Source of the DNA: Felis catus
Taxonomy: Eukaryota
Direction of reading: 5' to 3'
Assembly: GCF_018350175.1 (NCBI RefSeq)
Contig: NC_058373.1
Location: 111,726,001-111,790,000 of the forward strand
Length of the DNA stretch: 64,000 nt
The notes beneath the pieces are model-generated. The model saw only the letters and a program-made list of their open reading frames with translations. It had not been told where the DNA came from and searched no databases. Positions 25,625 through 37,434 of this stretch are shown piece after piece. The position numbers and the translations under genes are program-made. How positions within the stretch are numbered: position 1 is the first letter of the stretch; every line of letters begins with the position of its first letter.

Positions 25625-25834
25625 CTTTTTTCAAGTTTATTTATTTATTTGAGAGAGAGAGAGCACGAGGGCAGGGAAGGGGCAGAAAGAGAGGGAGAAA
25701 GAGGGAGTCCCAAGCAGGCTCTGTACTGTCAACTTAGAGCCTGAGGCGGGGCTTGATCCCACGAATCATGAGATCATGGCCTGAGCCAAAATCAGGAGTC
25801 AGAGGCTTAACCTGCTGAGCCACCCAGGTGCCCC
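25625..25834 (-). mobile_element. Can-SINE with TSD
   Basis: TSD agaaggaatttaatttctt at 25606-25624 and 25835-25853. Confidence 0.96.
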
Positions 25835-27150
25835 AGAAGGAATTTAATTTCTTAAACACTATAGTTCTCAGCCCCAACAGGCATCTGCTCACAACATCCA
25901 CATGAGGTGGGTGGTGCTATTCTCCCCATTTTATAGATGACAACACTGAGTCAAGCAATCTGCTCAGGGCAACACTTCTAATCAGTAGTAGAGTCAGGAT
26001 TCCCACCAGGCAGCCCAACTCCAGAACCTGGGCTCCCTCTTCCTACAAGATGTCACCTGGTGCAGTGATGCTGGGGTTCACCGTTGTCAGGGCCAAGGTC
26101 AAACTCATGCTATCAGGAGAATAAGCCCTTCCTCGTATGAGACTAGATGATGTTTCCACAAGAAAAATTAATATTCAATTAAAGTTCCTGCTGGAGAACC
26201 ATGTTGGCTTCTTAGGCAGACCAGTGAGAAGATCAGCCAGGGGGTCTGGCTTTTGTCTCTGATGATTCTTATTGGGATTCTCCATTTTGGGTGAAACAAG
26301 CATGTCCTCACTGTCACTGGTTGTTTAGCATCCCCAGCCTTGAGGCACTAAATGCCAATAGTGTGCTCAGTCATCGGAGCTGACCCAAAGGCCCTCTCCC
26401 CATTTCCCAGTCCTCCCACCCTGCTTAAGAACCACGAGAAGGACATCTGGCTGAAGGCTGAGACGCTAGTCTGCAGGGCTTGGGATTGGTCCAAGAGGAT
26501 AGCACCTCCTTCGGTGGGGAAGGGTGGAGTTTCCACTGTGAGGAGGAGGATGCTGGACTGGGGACCTGAAGAAGAGGGTTGCATGGAAGGGGCAGGATGG
26601 AAAAGGGAGAGACACTGAGGTCTGGGGAAAGGGGCCTTTGCGAACAATCCAGTTTGTGAAGGTTGTCCTTCGTAAACTAAAATGACCACTTCTGCTTTCC
26701 CACAGCGCACTGCTATCTGAGACTGTAGTCTGCTCTGGGCTTGACCTGGAGAAGGGTGAATAAGTAGAACTCAAAAGAAAAAAAAGAAGGAAGGGACCAT
26801 AGCCGCTTCCACACCATCTTGTAGTGGCTCCAGTCAAGAAGGAATGAGCAAACCCTCTTCACTTCATGGCTGCATCACTTCTCAAGAGATCTGTGGTCCC
26901 AATGTGGCACAGGAGACCCCTCCAACCGAGAGGGGTGTCGTGGACATAGCTGTAATACTCATTCTCATTCCACATAGTCACTGGCTGTTTCAAGCGCCAC
27001 CTTCTCTCCACTAAAAGGAGGAAGGAAGATGGATAAATATGAACCAACCCCACAGACGGCACCTCCACATGGAGGGGTAGGTGGGGCTCTCCTTGGGAAA
27101 ATTGTGACTCTGAGTCATGATCCCGGGTTGTTTCAAAAAATGGAATGAAA

Positions 27151-27280
27151 GGGATGCCTGGCTGGTTCAGAGAGAAGAGCATGCAAACCTTGATCTCAGT
27201 CAGGGTTGTGATTTTGGGCCCTACATTGGATGTAGAGATTATGAAACATGAATGAAGGAATGAACTTAAAAAAATAAAAG
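27151..27280 (+). mobile_element. Short, older Can-SINE (tRNA-like head plus A tail)
   Basis: 'gggatgcctggctggttcag...gagcatgcaaaccttgatctcag...ggttgtga...gtagagatta'. Confidence 0.75.
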
Positions 27281-27444
27281 TATGTGGTGTTTATCTCTTT
27301 AAAACAAGTGGAATGGAAGGAGGTAATGCAACGGAGGAAAATGTCACAAGGCGTTTCAGGATGTTGCCCCATTTGGGAGGGCATTTAAGTATTTTTTTTA
27401 AGGGCACCTAATAACATTCAATAACATTTAGTAAACATTAAATC

Positions 27445-27670
27445 AAAAAAATTTTTAAATTTTTTAACGTTTATTTATTTTTGAGAGACAGAGAGAGACA
27501 GAGTGTGGAGAGGGGAGGGGCAGAGAAAGTGGGGACACAGAATCTGAAGCAGGCTCCACGCTCCCAGCTGTTGGCACAGAGCCTGACACAGGGGCTCGAA
27601 CCCACAAACTGTGAGATCATGACCTGAGCTGAAGTCAGACGCTTAACTGACTCAGCCACCCAGGTGCCCC
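27445..27670 (-). mobile_element. Can-SINE (felid type)
   Basis: Full antisense SINE; direct repeat tgggagggcattt at 27374-27386 and 27671-27683. Confidence 0.96.
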
Positions 27671-27739
27671 TGGGAGGGCATTTTAGATGCAAAGTCACAT
27701 TTAGCATGAATTATATGCCTCTTTCAGGCTAATCTCAAC

Positions 27740-28362
27740 CCAGTTCCCAGAGAGATCCCATTAAAATATAAATCAGACCATGTCGCTTCTCTGTTCAGAA
27801 CCTTCCAATGGTTCCCCATTTCACTCAAAGTAAAAACCAGAGTCCTGCCAATGACATCAAATGCTGTACGTATTTTGGCAATGATTACTTCTTTGACCTC
27901 ACCCCCTTACACTGTCCCTCTCATTTACTCTGCTTCAGCCACATTTCTATCCCTGGAATATAGCGCTGCTGCCTCAGGGCCTTGGCATGGCTTCTCCTCT
28001 GCCTGGAATGTTCTTCCTTTACATGCCTGCATGGCTCTCTGCCTCCCGCCTTTTAAAAATCTTTACTGAAAAGTCACCTTTTTAGTGGGGCTCCCCCTGA
28101 CCACTCTTTCAAATGGCAAACACTTCTTCCCTAACCCCGAACATTTTTACCCTTCTCACCTAACTTTACTTTTTCCACAGCAATTGCCACCAGAATCCAT
28201 CATACTAGAGGATGTGTTTATTTACTATGCTTAGACTCTTGCCACCCAGGAGGACGGAAAGGCCCATGAGAGCAGGGATTTTTGTTTGACTTCTTCATGA
28301 ATGTATCCCTGGTGCCTAGAACAGTGCCAGTGGAAGCTTAATAAAAATTGCTGAATGAAATA
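27740..28362 (+). mobile_element. L2 LINE 3' end
   Basis: 'tcagaccatgtcgcttctctgttcagaaccttccaatggttcccc...cctctgcctggaatgttcttc...gtgcctagaacagtgcc...aataaaaattgctgaatgaa'. Confidence 0.85.
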
Positions 28363-29458
28363 TTTCCCACAAACTGAAATTCCTCTGGAGAACAGGGCTC
28401 TAGAGATCTAACTGAAATGCCTTCCGAGGCTTTCGTGTTCATACTTGCTAGTCCTTCTGTCAGCGTGGATGCTGTCAACCCGTATGCAGCCACAGCACCT
28501 GAGAATCTAGATGCTCTCTGCACAACGCTGCCTGTTCTGTTTCTTGGATTGGGTTGCATTGACCTAGGGAACTGCCCGTTGGAGCCCCCACACCACGCTC
28601 TGGGGTACCCTGGAATGGCCTCTTCCAGCCTGGGCTCTCTGTCTTCCTGGGCCTCCTGTCCAAGCCTTGACCCAGTGGCCCATGAAATGGAGCCCCTCCC
28701 ATCCCTCGGTGGACTTCTGAATGCCTGCTCCTGGGTCTCCTAGAGTCTCTCTCTGTTTTATTTTTTTCCTTGAGCCAGAAGTTTGGGAACTGAGAGGGAC
28801 AGACATGGATGAGAAACAGGGCAGGCATTTGCACACTCCCAGACAAGAGAGTTAAAGGATTTCTTCCAGGCTGGGGATGAGAATTGCTTTGTGTTAATTT
28901 AATGAAAATGACACAGTGGAGCTGTGTCTTAAGACAAAAAATGATTCTGAAATTCTAAAAGTTAGAATTGATCAGCAGGTTGAGAATTCTTTAAAATTCT
29001 AACGAGCTTTTAGCATTTGTGCTGTTTTCTGGGCTTAAAGAATCACAAAAAAACAAAGAACAAAAATTGCCTTCTAGGTAGGACAATGATGTCTAATGCA
29101 TCTATTTCCCTCGGTCTGTTCAGTTTCCATTTCATTCCGAGATCCTACTAAACTCAGAAGGTTGCCTTTGGCTTTTCAGCACTGCAGGGGATGATCTAAA
29201 TCTAAATAATAATAAAAAGCCACTGCCTTTATTGGAATTTTATTTCATAAGTTGATGGAAACATTTCATATACACATTAGGTTTTGTAACCCAATCTTGG
29301 GACTTGCTGAGTCCCGGAGGGGCTGTTTCACTACTTGGGAGTTCCCTGGCATGTGCATTACTCCTCCGAGGCAGAAGGAGAAAACGTTTTCAGTGAAGGC
29401 AGAATAGTGTTTTTATTTGAAAGAATTCATGTGTGAGTCAGGACACACACTTCCATAG

Positions 29459-29460
<2 letters not shown>

Positions 29461-29492
<32 letters not shown>
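29461..29492. repeat. (CA)n microsatellite
   Basis: Directly visible. Confidence 0.95.
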
Positions 29493-29494
<2 letters not shown>

Positions 29495-31121
29495 ATACAT
29501 TCTTTCTCTCTTCCATAGGCTATATCATAAAATTACAGAGTTTTAGAATCGAAAGGACCTTAGAGATGATCTGTTCTCACACTGGCATGTTACATATGAG
29601 GACTCTGCTGCCCAGACAGATTAAGTACCTCATCCAAGGTCACCGGCATTGAGTGGAAGAGCCCAGACTACAATTCAGGTTCCCCGACTCAAGTCTAATT
29701 TTCTTTCTGCTACAGCACATTGACTCCCAAATAAGATAATGTATATGAAATCATTTAGAAAACTGAAATGCATTATGCAAGTATTGGGTGGGGAGAGGAA
29801 TAGGGAGAGAGAGCATGATAATGAGCTTCCTTTTTTCAGAGACAAACCTGATGTGCTCAGGTCTCTTTCCAAATGAAGTGAATATGTTATATGAATCACA
29901 CATCATGTTTCTAATTAGGTTCCTGGATATGACCTCCAGTAAATGAGCATTAAGGGATCAAACCAAAATACATTCTTCATTCAAATTCAACATCTATATA
30001 TATCTCACCTTTTTTCCTTCCTTCTCACCCTCTCTGTCTACCTCCCTCTAGTGTTCACTTTTAGTTATTGCATGCATGCCAACAGGCTGCAGACGCAAAA
30101 TATTTCTGTACTATTAAAGTTATCTGGCCTAGTTTTTATGTCAGCAGCTGTTATCAAGAGCAAATTAGAGTGTTTTTCATATCAACAGGAATAATTGGCT
30201 AGTATAAAGACTTGGTTATTGTTAAGAAAAGTCATTAAAATAGTTTGTGAGGAGAATGAGAACATGTTTAAAGTTTAGTTGTTAAATTGTTTTTAGTACA
30301 CTTGGATCACCTAAAAAGTCCACATAAATAATTGAGACATTTTAATTACAAGGAGATGTAAATGTTTTAAGGTAGAGGGCCAACTAAGTGAACTAACACA
30401 TGACTCATCAAAAGAATTAATTACGCCTTTAACTACTTGGAATACTGGCAGCTACTAAATATTATCACAAATGACTTGAGAGATTAAACTTTTATTTTGG
30501 TATTATTAATAGATTAATCAACTAAGTAATATAGCAATTATAAACAATTTTTCAGTAGTCTCACGTTAGCCTCTGTGATATGTGTATTTCTGCCCTCATC
30601 CATTATAATTTCTGTGTTCCCTTAAAAGCAGTGTGTCCAACGTTTCAATATTCTAGCCAGGTCCCTTGTTATAAAATATTGGCAAGCACATCCAAAATTC
30701 ATTGGAAGAAGTTTCTTTGGTAGTCTTGCCTAAAAGCTTTGGGTCAAGTAAGACGAAGAGGTTGGTAACAAAGTCTATAAACTCTGGACTCCATCTCCTG
30801 ACCTGAAAGAAGTCTGTCCAAAAATCTGAGTGATATTTACAAATAAGAGATTTCCACCACAATCCCAGCTCTTGTCAGCCTGTGACAAATAGTCCAATGT
30901 ACACAGCGAGGAGAAGTGGTTCCGGGCCCCTTATCGCCGCTGCCTGCCGTGATCTGCCAGCCCTCCCCTGTCCTTCCACACCCCTCCTTGTCCAGAAACA
31001 CACACACTACACCGCACAGCAGTGTGCACACACACGCACACAACTGCACACGTGCATTCTGAAGGCTGAAAGGTGGGGAGTCATCAAGGTGGACAGTGCA
31101 GCCAGGTCTTCGAGGAGGGGG

Positions 31122-31230
31122 GCAAAAGATCACATGGTTGGTTCGACGCAACCCATGCCCAGTACTCCTCCTTCTCCTGGGAGAACCAATCAGCCCAAAG
31201 ACAGATCATCTTTGCAGCTGTGGCACCCCT
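31122..31230 (-). repeat. 109-bp dispersed inverted repeat, copy 2
   Basis: Reverse complement of 22702-22810 with 3 substitutions. Confidence 0.97.
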
Positions 31231-31639
31231 GCAAAGGAGGTGTTTCTCCAGGCCACCGGTTCACTGTGCACCACCCAGCAATAGACAGTGGTCTGAGGAC
31301 ACGCTCTGATCATCTTGCTCTCTCTTTAAGAAAACTCTAAATGAAAGATGAAAATTAAACTGCAAATCAACGTTTTCAAAGTTTCAAAATATAAAGTAAC
31401 ACCCTACTTTAACACTCTAAATGTGGTCCAAAAATTCAATCGCATAAATCGTAGGGGAGCTTGATTGCCGGGTTAATGAAATGACCAGGGTGAACTAGCA
31501 GCTGAGGGCGGAGCTGAATGCCAAGTGTGTGATATCTGAATGGGCTTTATCAGGGTGCTTTAGGGAAAGGTGTTAGTACTCCTGGGAGGAAGTTGGGGTG
31601 GCTGTTGTTTTTACTTCCTCTACCTTTTCCACCTTCTAG

Positions 31640-32010
31640 CAACAGACTTCCTCTCTCTGCCTGTAGGGGTGGGTGAGTGGTCCCGGAGAGGCCACAGTTC
31701 CACATCCCTGGCTGCAGGGATAGGTCCAGGGACTGACCCAAGGCAGGGCAACCAGAGTCCTTCCCTGAGCTTGTTTTCTCTTCGTGAGGCTGTAAAGTCC
31801 TACATCCGGAACTCCGGCAGCCAAGGAACCTTGTGTGGAAGTGCAGAGAGAGGCAGAGATGGCCGTCTAAGAGAGAAAGTTCCAGTGCTGTTGTCCCTAA
31901 GGCCAGTTGTACCACTCATGTCCTTTCTTGCAATTTAGTATTTTCTCCTTTTTTTGGCGTAAGTTAACTTGAGTTTCTGTTACTTGCAATCGAAAGACCC
32001 TTGAATAATA
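31640..32010 (+). mobile_element. MaLR LTR (MLT1) fragment
   Basis: 3' end 'taagttaacttgagtttctgttacttgcaatcgaaagacccttgaataata'. Confidence 0.6.
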
Positions 32011-32156
32011 GAGAAATGACTCTAGGGGTTTGGAGTCTGCAGATGCATTAGTGAGACAGTGGTTGGAAGTGACGAAATTCCATCTCCAGTGAGCTTAAGC
32101 AGAAAAGAAATGTGTTGGCTCATGGAACCAGAATGTCCAGGAGAGGCACTCATTTT

Positions 32157-32365
32157 GTAATTTTTTTAATGTTTATTTATTTTTGAGACAGAGACAGAGC
32201 ACGAGTGGAGAAAGGGCAGATAGAGAGGCACAGAATCCTAAGCAGGCTCCAGACTCTGAGCCATCATCAGCCCAGAGCCTGACATGGGGCTCAAACCCAC
32301 AAGCCGTGAGATCACGACCTAAGCCGAAGTTGGACGCTTAACCAACTGAGCCACCCAGGCGCCCC
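32157..32365 (-). mobile_element. Can-SINE with TSD
   Basis: TSD gagaggc(a/t)ctcatttt at 32141-32156 and 32366-32381. Confidence 0.95.
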
Positions 32366-32446
32366 GAGAGGCTCTCATTTTAGATACTCAAATGGTATCT
32401 TCAGGATCCCACTTTCTCTCCAACCCTCTTCACCTTCCCGTCTTGC

Positions 32447-32663
32447 TTTTTTTTTTTTTAAGTTTATTTGTTTATTTTGAGAGAGAGAGAGCATGCATGC
32501 AAGCAGGGGAGGGGCAGAGAGATAGGGAGAGAGAGAATCCCTAGCAGGCTCCATGCCCTCAGCACAAAGCCCAATGTGGGGCTTGATTCCACCGTAGAGA
32601 GATCATGACTGAGCCAATATCAACAGCCAGAGGCTTAACTGACTGAGCCACGCAGGTGCCCCC
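32447..32663 (-). mobile_element. Can-SINE
   Basis: Poly-T, (GA)n, '...gcttaactgactgagccacgcaggtgcccc'. Confidence 0.93.
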
Positions 32664-35600
32664 TTGGTCTTGGTTTTATTCTCAGTGTGACTCTCTCTGC
32701 CTGTGGAAAATATCCCTTGCCTTAGGGGCTTCAGGCTTATATTATCCTTAGTTCTCACAATGCAGAAAGAAAATGACTTTCCCTGCCCCAACCCCAGGTC
32801 ATCTCCGAGTGAACCCATCACTGTGTCGGGAGGAATGGGGACTCTAACTGGTCAGAGCTGCTCTGTGCCTGACCTGGAGGCCCTGGAATAGGATGCACTG
32901 AGCCACTTGCTCACTGCATAAGCAGGGTCAATGTCATAGCACTGGGAAAGGATGGTCCCACACTTTGGTATACTGAAAGCTACAACTACACGGACAGTGG
33001 AGGGAATATGGTCGGAACCGATTCAACCCAGAATACAAGGAACAGGGAATGCAGATTAGAAAGTAAGAAGTGGCAACAGGTGTGGCAGAGAAATGACATT
33101 CAGCACCCAACCTGGTGGAGGAATCCTCTGGCTTCACCCAGGAAGGCTGGCCCCCAAGAACCTGCTGTCCATTCATGAAGACCCCCCCGAGCAATGCACG
33201 TGTCAGGTGGTGAGCAACCTCCTGGAAGGGAGTCAGTGTGGGCAGCTTAGAGCAGCAGTGCCCAGGAAGGCAGGCTGCCCGGGCGGGGGCGGGGCAATGC
33301 AGACGGCCTTGGCCCGGGGTCCTACACACAGGAGGCTCGAGTGGAGGCGTCCAGTGGATGGACGAGACATCCACCTGTGGGGACTTTTCTCTCTCATCTG
33401 TTTGTCTCTCTCTCTTGTTTAATTGATAGCTTTTCTCTCCCTTTGGCTTGACCAATGTGACCATGGAGGGAGGGCTGAATTGGCTGTAGAAAGCAGACAA
33501 TTTTGCTGGAGACTGGGGTCTTTTTAAAAAGACACAGGGGTGTGGGGGCTACAAGGTGTCACCCTGCATCAATGGGTCAGGGGTAAAAAATGAGCTATTA
33601 ATGAATGCTCAGACCACACTGGGTAAGCCCTGAGCTGCTCAGCGTGGGGTACGCTGGTAGATTGTAGGACATCGACTTACAAAGTACAGAAATCCCTCCT
33701 CAGCCAGTGTCTTCCCTGGGAGGCATCTGAAGTGCCCTGACATCTTCGGTGAGTGTGGTGTCTTTTTCGACTCACCCTCTCCTTTCTTCGGCACATAGTG
33801 TTTGAAAAAATGGGTTGGCAAGGGACTCCAGGCTGAGAATTGAGTCAGAGGGGAAGGAGATGCCTGGCTTCAGAGGACAACTGTGGTCTGGGGACAAAGT
33901 AGATAATCTCATCTCCTGCACATTGAAGGGCCTGGCCCCTGGGGGAACTCAAAAGCAGAAAGGGATTCAGAGCCTTGTCAAGTTTACTGGGCAAGTTCTT
34001 GGCAGGGCCATAAATCCATCCCAGCTGAGAAAACTGTTTATTTACAGGACCAAACGAAGCAAGTCGGGCCTTAATAGACTAAAGCTGGTTGGCTGCTTCC
34101 ATTTTCGAATCTGGTTCTGTCCACAAAATACTGATTTCAGGCACTTTTGATTTCCCGAACTCCTTTCAGCCCTGAATGAGAAGGTGGTGTAACCTTGAAT
34201 TTAAGCAGGAAAGGCAAAGGGATCGAGGGGCCAGGCAGTGAGGGTTTAGTTCTAGGCTCCAGAGCCCATCTTGGCGTGGAGGCTGGTACCATGGGCACAC
34301 GTGGCTTAGGTTTCAGGGATGGAGAGCTGCATTTACCCTGGCATCAGCTGGAGATGTCAGTGGGGTAGAAGGCCTGGTTCTTGCCCTTCAAGAACGTATG
34401 GTCCACTAATAAATAGATTAACCCCATCAAGAATATCGAGAAATGTTCCTATTAACTGGCATAAGAAAGACTATAAATTAAATGCAGCCTAGACAGTCAG
34501 CAAAAGCCTCTGGGAGGGACCAGGATGCTGGGTACAAGAAAGAGAAGTGGGGTTTATGTGGGCTAGATCACTGGGGGGCACAGGAGGAGCTTGGCTTAGG
34601 TTTTAAAGATGGAAAGAGAAACACCTGGCTAACTCATCACTCACAATACCCACTGAGAGCCCTCTGTGACTGGGACTTGCCAGGAAGGATGAGGGGAAGG
34701 AGTAAAGCCAGAATGTTCCCCAATCTTTTTAATTCCAGGGTCTCTCCAGCTACCGTCCCCCCAAGTACCCCCCCTGTGGGAGAGAGGAAGGAGGGAAGGC
34801 AGCAGGGGTCAGGAAGGGAGAGTCTGGTTTTCACACACCACACAGGGTTGTGAATAATCAGACCGAGGAGCTGGCCCTGTGTCACTGTGGCATAGGATGT
34901 GTTGGCTGTTCCCAGGTCTCCACGGGTGGATGAAGTGAAATATCACATCTCTTAATTTCTCCACCACTTTTGGGGATAAGGACCGTCACACTGTCTTATT
35001 AACTTGAATCTGCCTCTGAACTCCCATTTTCCAGGGGTAAGAAGTCAAGATTGGTCATGGGCTAGCCTCCCCCCTCCCTCAGGATCTTATGGGGCTCTCA
35101 GAGGACCCAGGCAGAACATGATCTCCTGGGGCAGGGCCTCTGGTTTCTGCACTTTTAGCGTCACTGCTGAGGGAAGGGCTATACGAACAGAGTGACCCAC
35201 TGCTTCTGGGCCGAGTAGGACCTTGGCTGAGGCTCCCAAGCCACCTAACGTCCATCCCCTGGGCACCCACACAATGGCACTTTTTCAGACAGAGATCCAG
35301 CCACCTCTGGGCGCTGTGTGGCAGTGAGGGGCACTGTCCACGCCACTGTGGATACTATCGTCCTTTCCCTCCTTTTGGCCTTGAGGAAATCGACCATTTC
35401 TCTTCCCGGAATAGGCTGTTTCCCCTACTGTACCCTCTTTCTTAATTGGCTTAGTCTTCTAAACCAAGTACTTCTTCGGGAAGGGGAGGAGACGTGTGCC
35501 TGCATGCACATGTTCGCTGTCTCCTGGGCATTTACAACCAGGGAAGCTTCCCCCCAAACTGGGGAGCCCAGCTGTCCAACACAAAGGCCTCTTAGGATGG

Positions 35601-35812
35601 GAGAAGTAAAAATGTCCCTCATTTTTGACTCCCACTGAAGCAAGACCAACATAAATTAATCTGTCTGTAGGTTGTTCTGCACATACTTGTTTGCATTTGG
35701 GGCTTGGTAGAATTTCCTCTTTCTTTATCTACCTAGTTATATAGGGACAGAGACTCTTGGGAGAGAAGAGATCAGAGCCGTGAGAGTGCCTTTCTTCTCA
35801 CCCCTTAACCAT

Positions 35813-35867
35813 CGCGCGTGCGCGCGGGTACACACACACACACACACACACACACGCGCGCGCGCGC
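35813..35867. repeat. (CG)n-(CA)n-(CG)n compound microsatellite
   Basis: 'cgcgcgtgcgcgcgggtacacaca...cacgcgcgcgcgcgc'. Confidence 0.95.
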
Positions 35868-36915
35868 TGAAGTGCACAGATAGAAAGCCACGTTTGGGCT
35901 GACTTCAACAAGGAAATGACCAGACTCCCTTATAGATCTACTAAGGGAAGGGGTACTGCCTCTAATGGCTGGGCCTTGGGAATTGTGGTACGGTCTATGG
36001 TAAATTTAGCAGGTGGTCTGAAATACATGGTAACTAGCATGTGGTGAGGCAAAGCCCCTTCCACCTCTGATGGATTGAATGTTCAGTTTCTAGAGCGTGT
36101 CACAGGTAAAATGGCTGCAGATGTGTGTCTGTGGAAAAAGCCATACCCTGATGGGCGTTCACGCTTTGCAGTCTGGAGCACACTAGGTGAGCCGTGTCCG
36201 TTTGAACCGCGATGCTGAACGCTGTTGCTGTCTCCACAGACCGTGGCTCTATTTCTTGCCGGGTGGCACTGGTGCCTGAGTCACTGAGGAGGAACTGGGG
36301 GAGGCAATGCTGGGGTGTGCAGCCTCAAGGAGCCCCTCTGGGGTCTTGGCTCGCCAGCGGGCCGCGGTAAGGTGAGGGACCCTCAGAAACCGGGCAAAGA
36401 TCGGGGGCAAGAAGTTGGGTGGAGGTTGGAGCCGCCGGGCCCCGGGGAGCTCATACTATTGCTTATTTGCAACAGTTGCCACCGAATGCCACGTGGATGT
36501 GGTGCGTTTCATTCTCTGTGGCACCGAGTCACCAGCAAGTCCTCACCGCCCTGGATAAGACACCAGGCAACTGCAGCATGTTCTAATAGATCCTGACAAT
36601 GGTGTCTCGGGAGGATTTCCTTCTAAATCATAGGCTGTCATCTGAAGTATGGGGCGCATTTGGTGCTGGGTTTAGCAGGTGATCCAAATTACGTGTTAAC
36701 TGAGCCCGTGGGGACGAAGAAAATAGATCCAAATGAAAAACACGGAGGAAAACCTGCCCAGCATGAAACTGCCAAGCATTAACCGCTCACCAATGGCTTT
36801 CTTCTATCGGGTTGTTAAGCTGGTTGCAATAATTTATTTAAAAAATAAGATAAACTTCTCTCCTTGTCTGTATCGTCTGTATCCGTGGTTGCTGTTGTCC
36901 TTCCTGTCATTACGG

Positions 36916-36925
36916 CTGTCAATCA
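36916..36925 (-). promoter_or_regulatory. PBX-MEIS/PREP decamer
   Basis: ctgtcaatca is TGATTGACAG on the minus strand; extra TGACAG half-site at 36904-36909. Confidence 0.55.
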
Positions 36926-37415
36926 CGGCAGAGAGCAGAGATGCAAGTAACCTTTTTAGGGCATTTCTGATCAGTCCCTAGAGGACAATTGCTCTTTCCA
37001 GTGTGTCCTCCTGGGCTTTGCTAGGACTTTTAAAAGGACCCAGAAATGAAGTCCTGTCACTTCCTCTGGGAAAGACTATTTTAAAGTTAGATCTTATCAC
37101 AGAGACAAGTTTCCCCTTGTTATTCTTTCCCAACTTTCTGTTCTAAATGTCATCCTCGCAATCATTAATCACAATGAATAGGAAGTTATAATTAATAGAG
37201 ACCCAAACCATTCAAGTGGAAGATTACTCTTTTGAATTCTTGTATTTTTCTTGGAAGACGTCCTTGAGTTAATTATTTAGTATTTGCGATTTTTTTTTTT
37301 TGCCACTATCTTGTTTCCCAAAAGAACAAATTGATCACAGTAATGTGGGGGGTGAAGGGATTATGTATAGTGTATGCAGGAGACAGATGTTAAAAATAAA
37401 AACAAGGCCCTGGGG

Positions 37416-37434
37416 GCTGCTCCCCCTGCTGGCT
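37416..37434 (-). promoter_or_regulatory. CTCF-type motif
   Basis: Minus strand AGCCAGCAGGGGGAGCAGC fits the CTCF core. Confidence 0.6.

Larger units (their letters stand above)
32060..32900 (-). mobile_element. Old MLT1 LTR interrupted by two Can-SINEs
   Basis: 'gcttaagcagaaaagaaatgtgttggctcatggaaccagaatgtccagg' and 'gaacccatcactgtgtcgggaggaatggg...ctaactgg' are MLT1-like. Confidence 0.55.

Noticed and set aside
22701..31231. Inverted repeat as terminal inverted repeats of an 8.5-kb hAT transposon (copy 2 ends in the reverse complement of CAGGGGTGCC)
   Set aside because: No 8-bp TSD (ttcagaag versus caaaggag), no transposase remnant, and the interior holds ancient MIR and L2 copies that are hard to reconcile with 97% identical termini
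22524..31340. Shared peptides in the ORF track (GWFDATHAQYSSFSWENQSAQRQII and others) as a duplicated gene
   Set aside because: They come only from the 109-bp DNA duplication; several frames are open by chance, identity stops at the repeat edges, and I recognise no protein family
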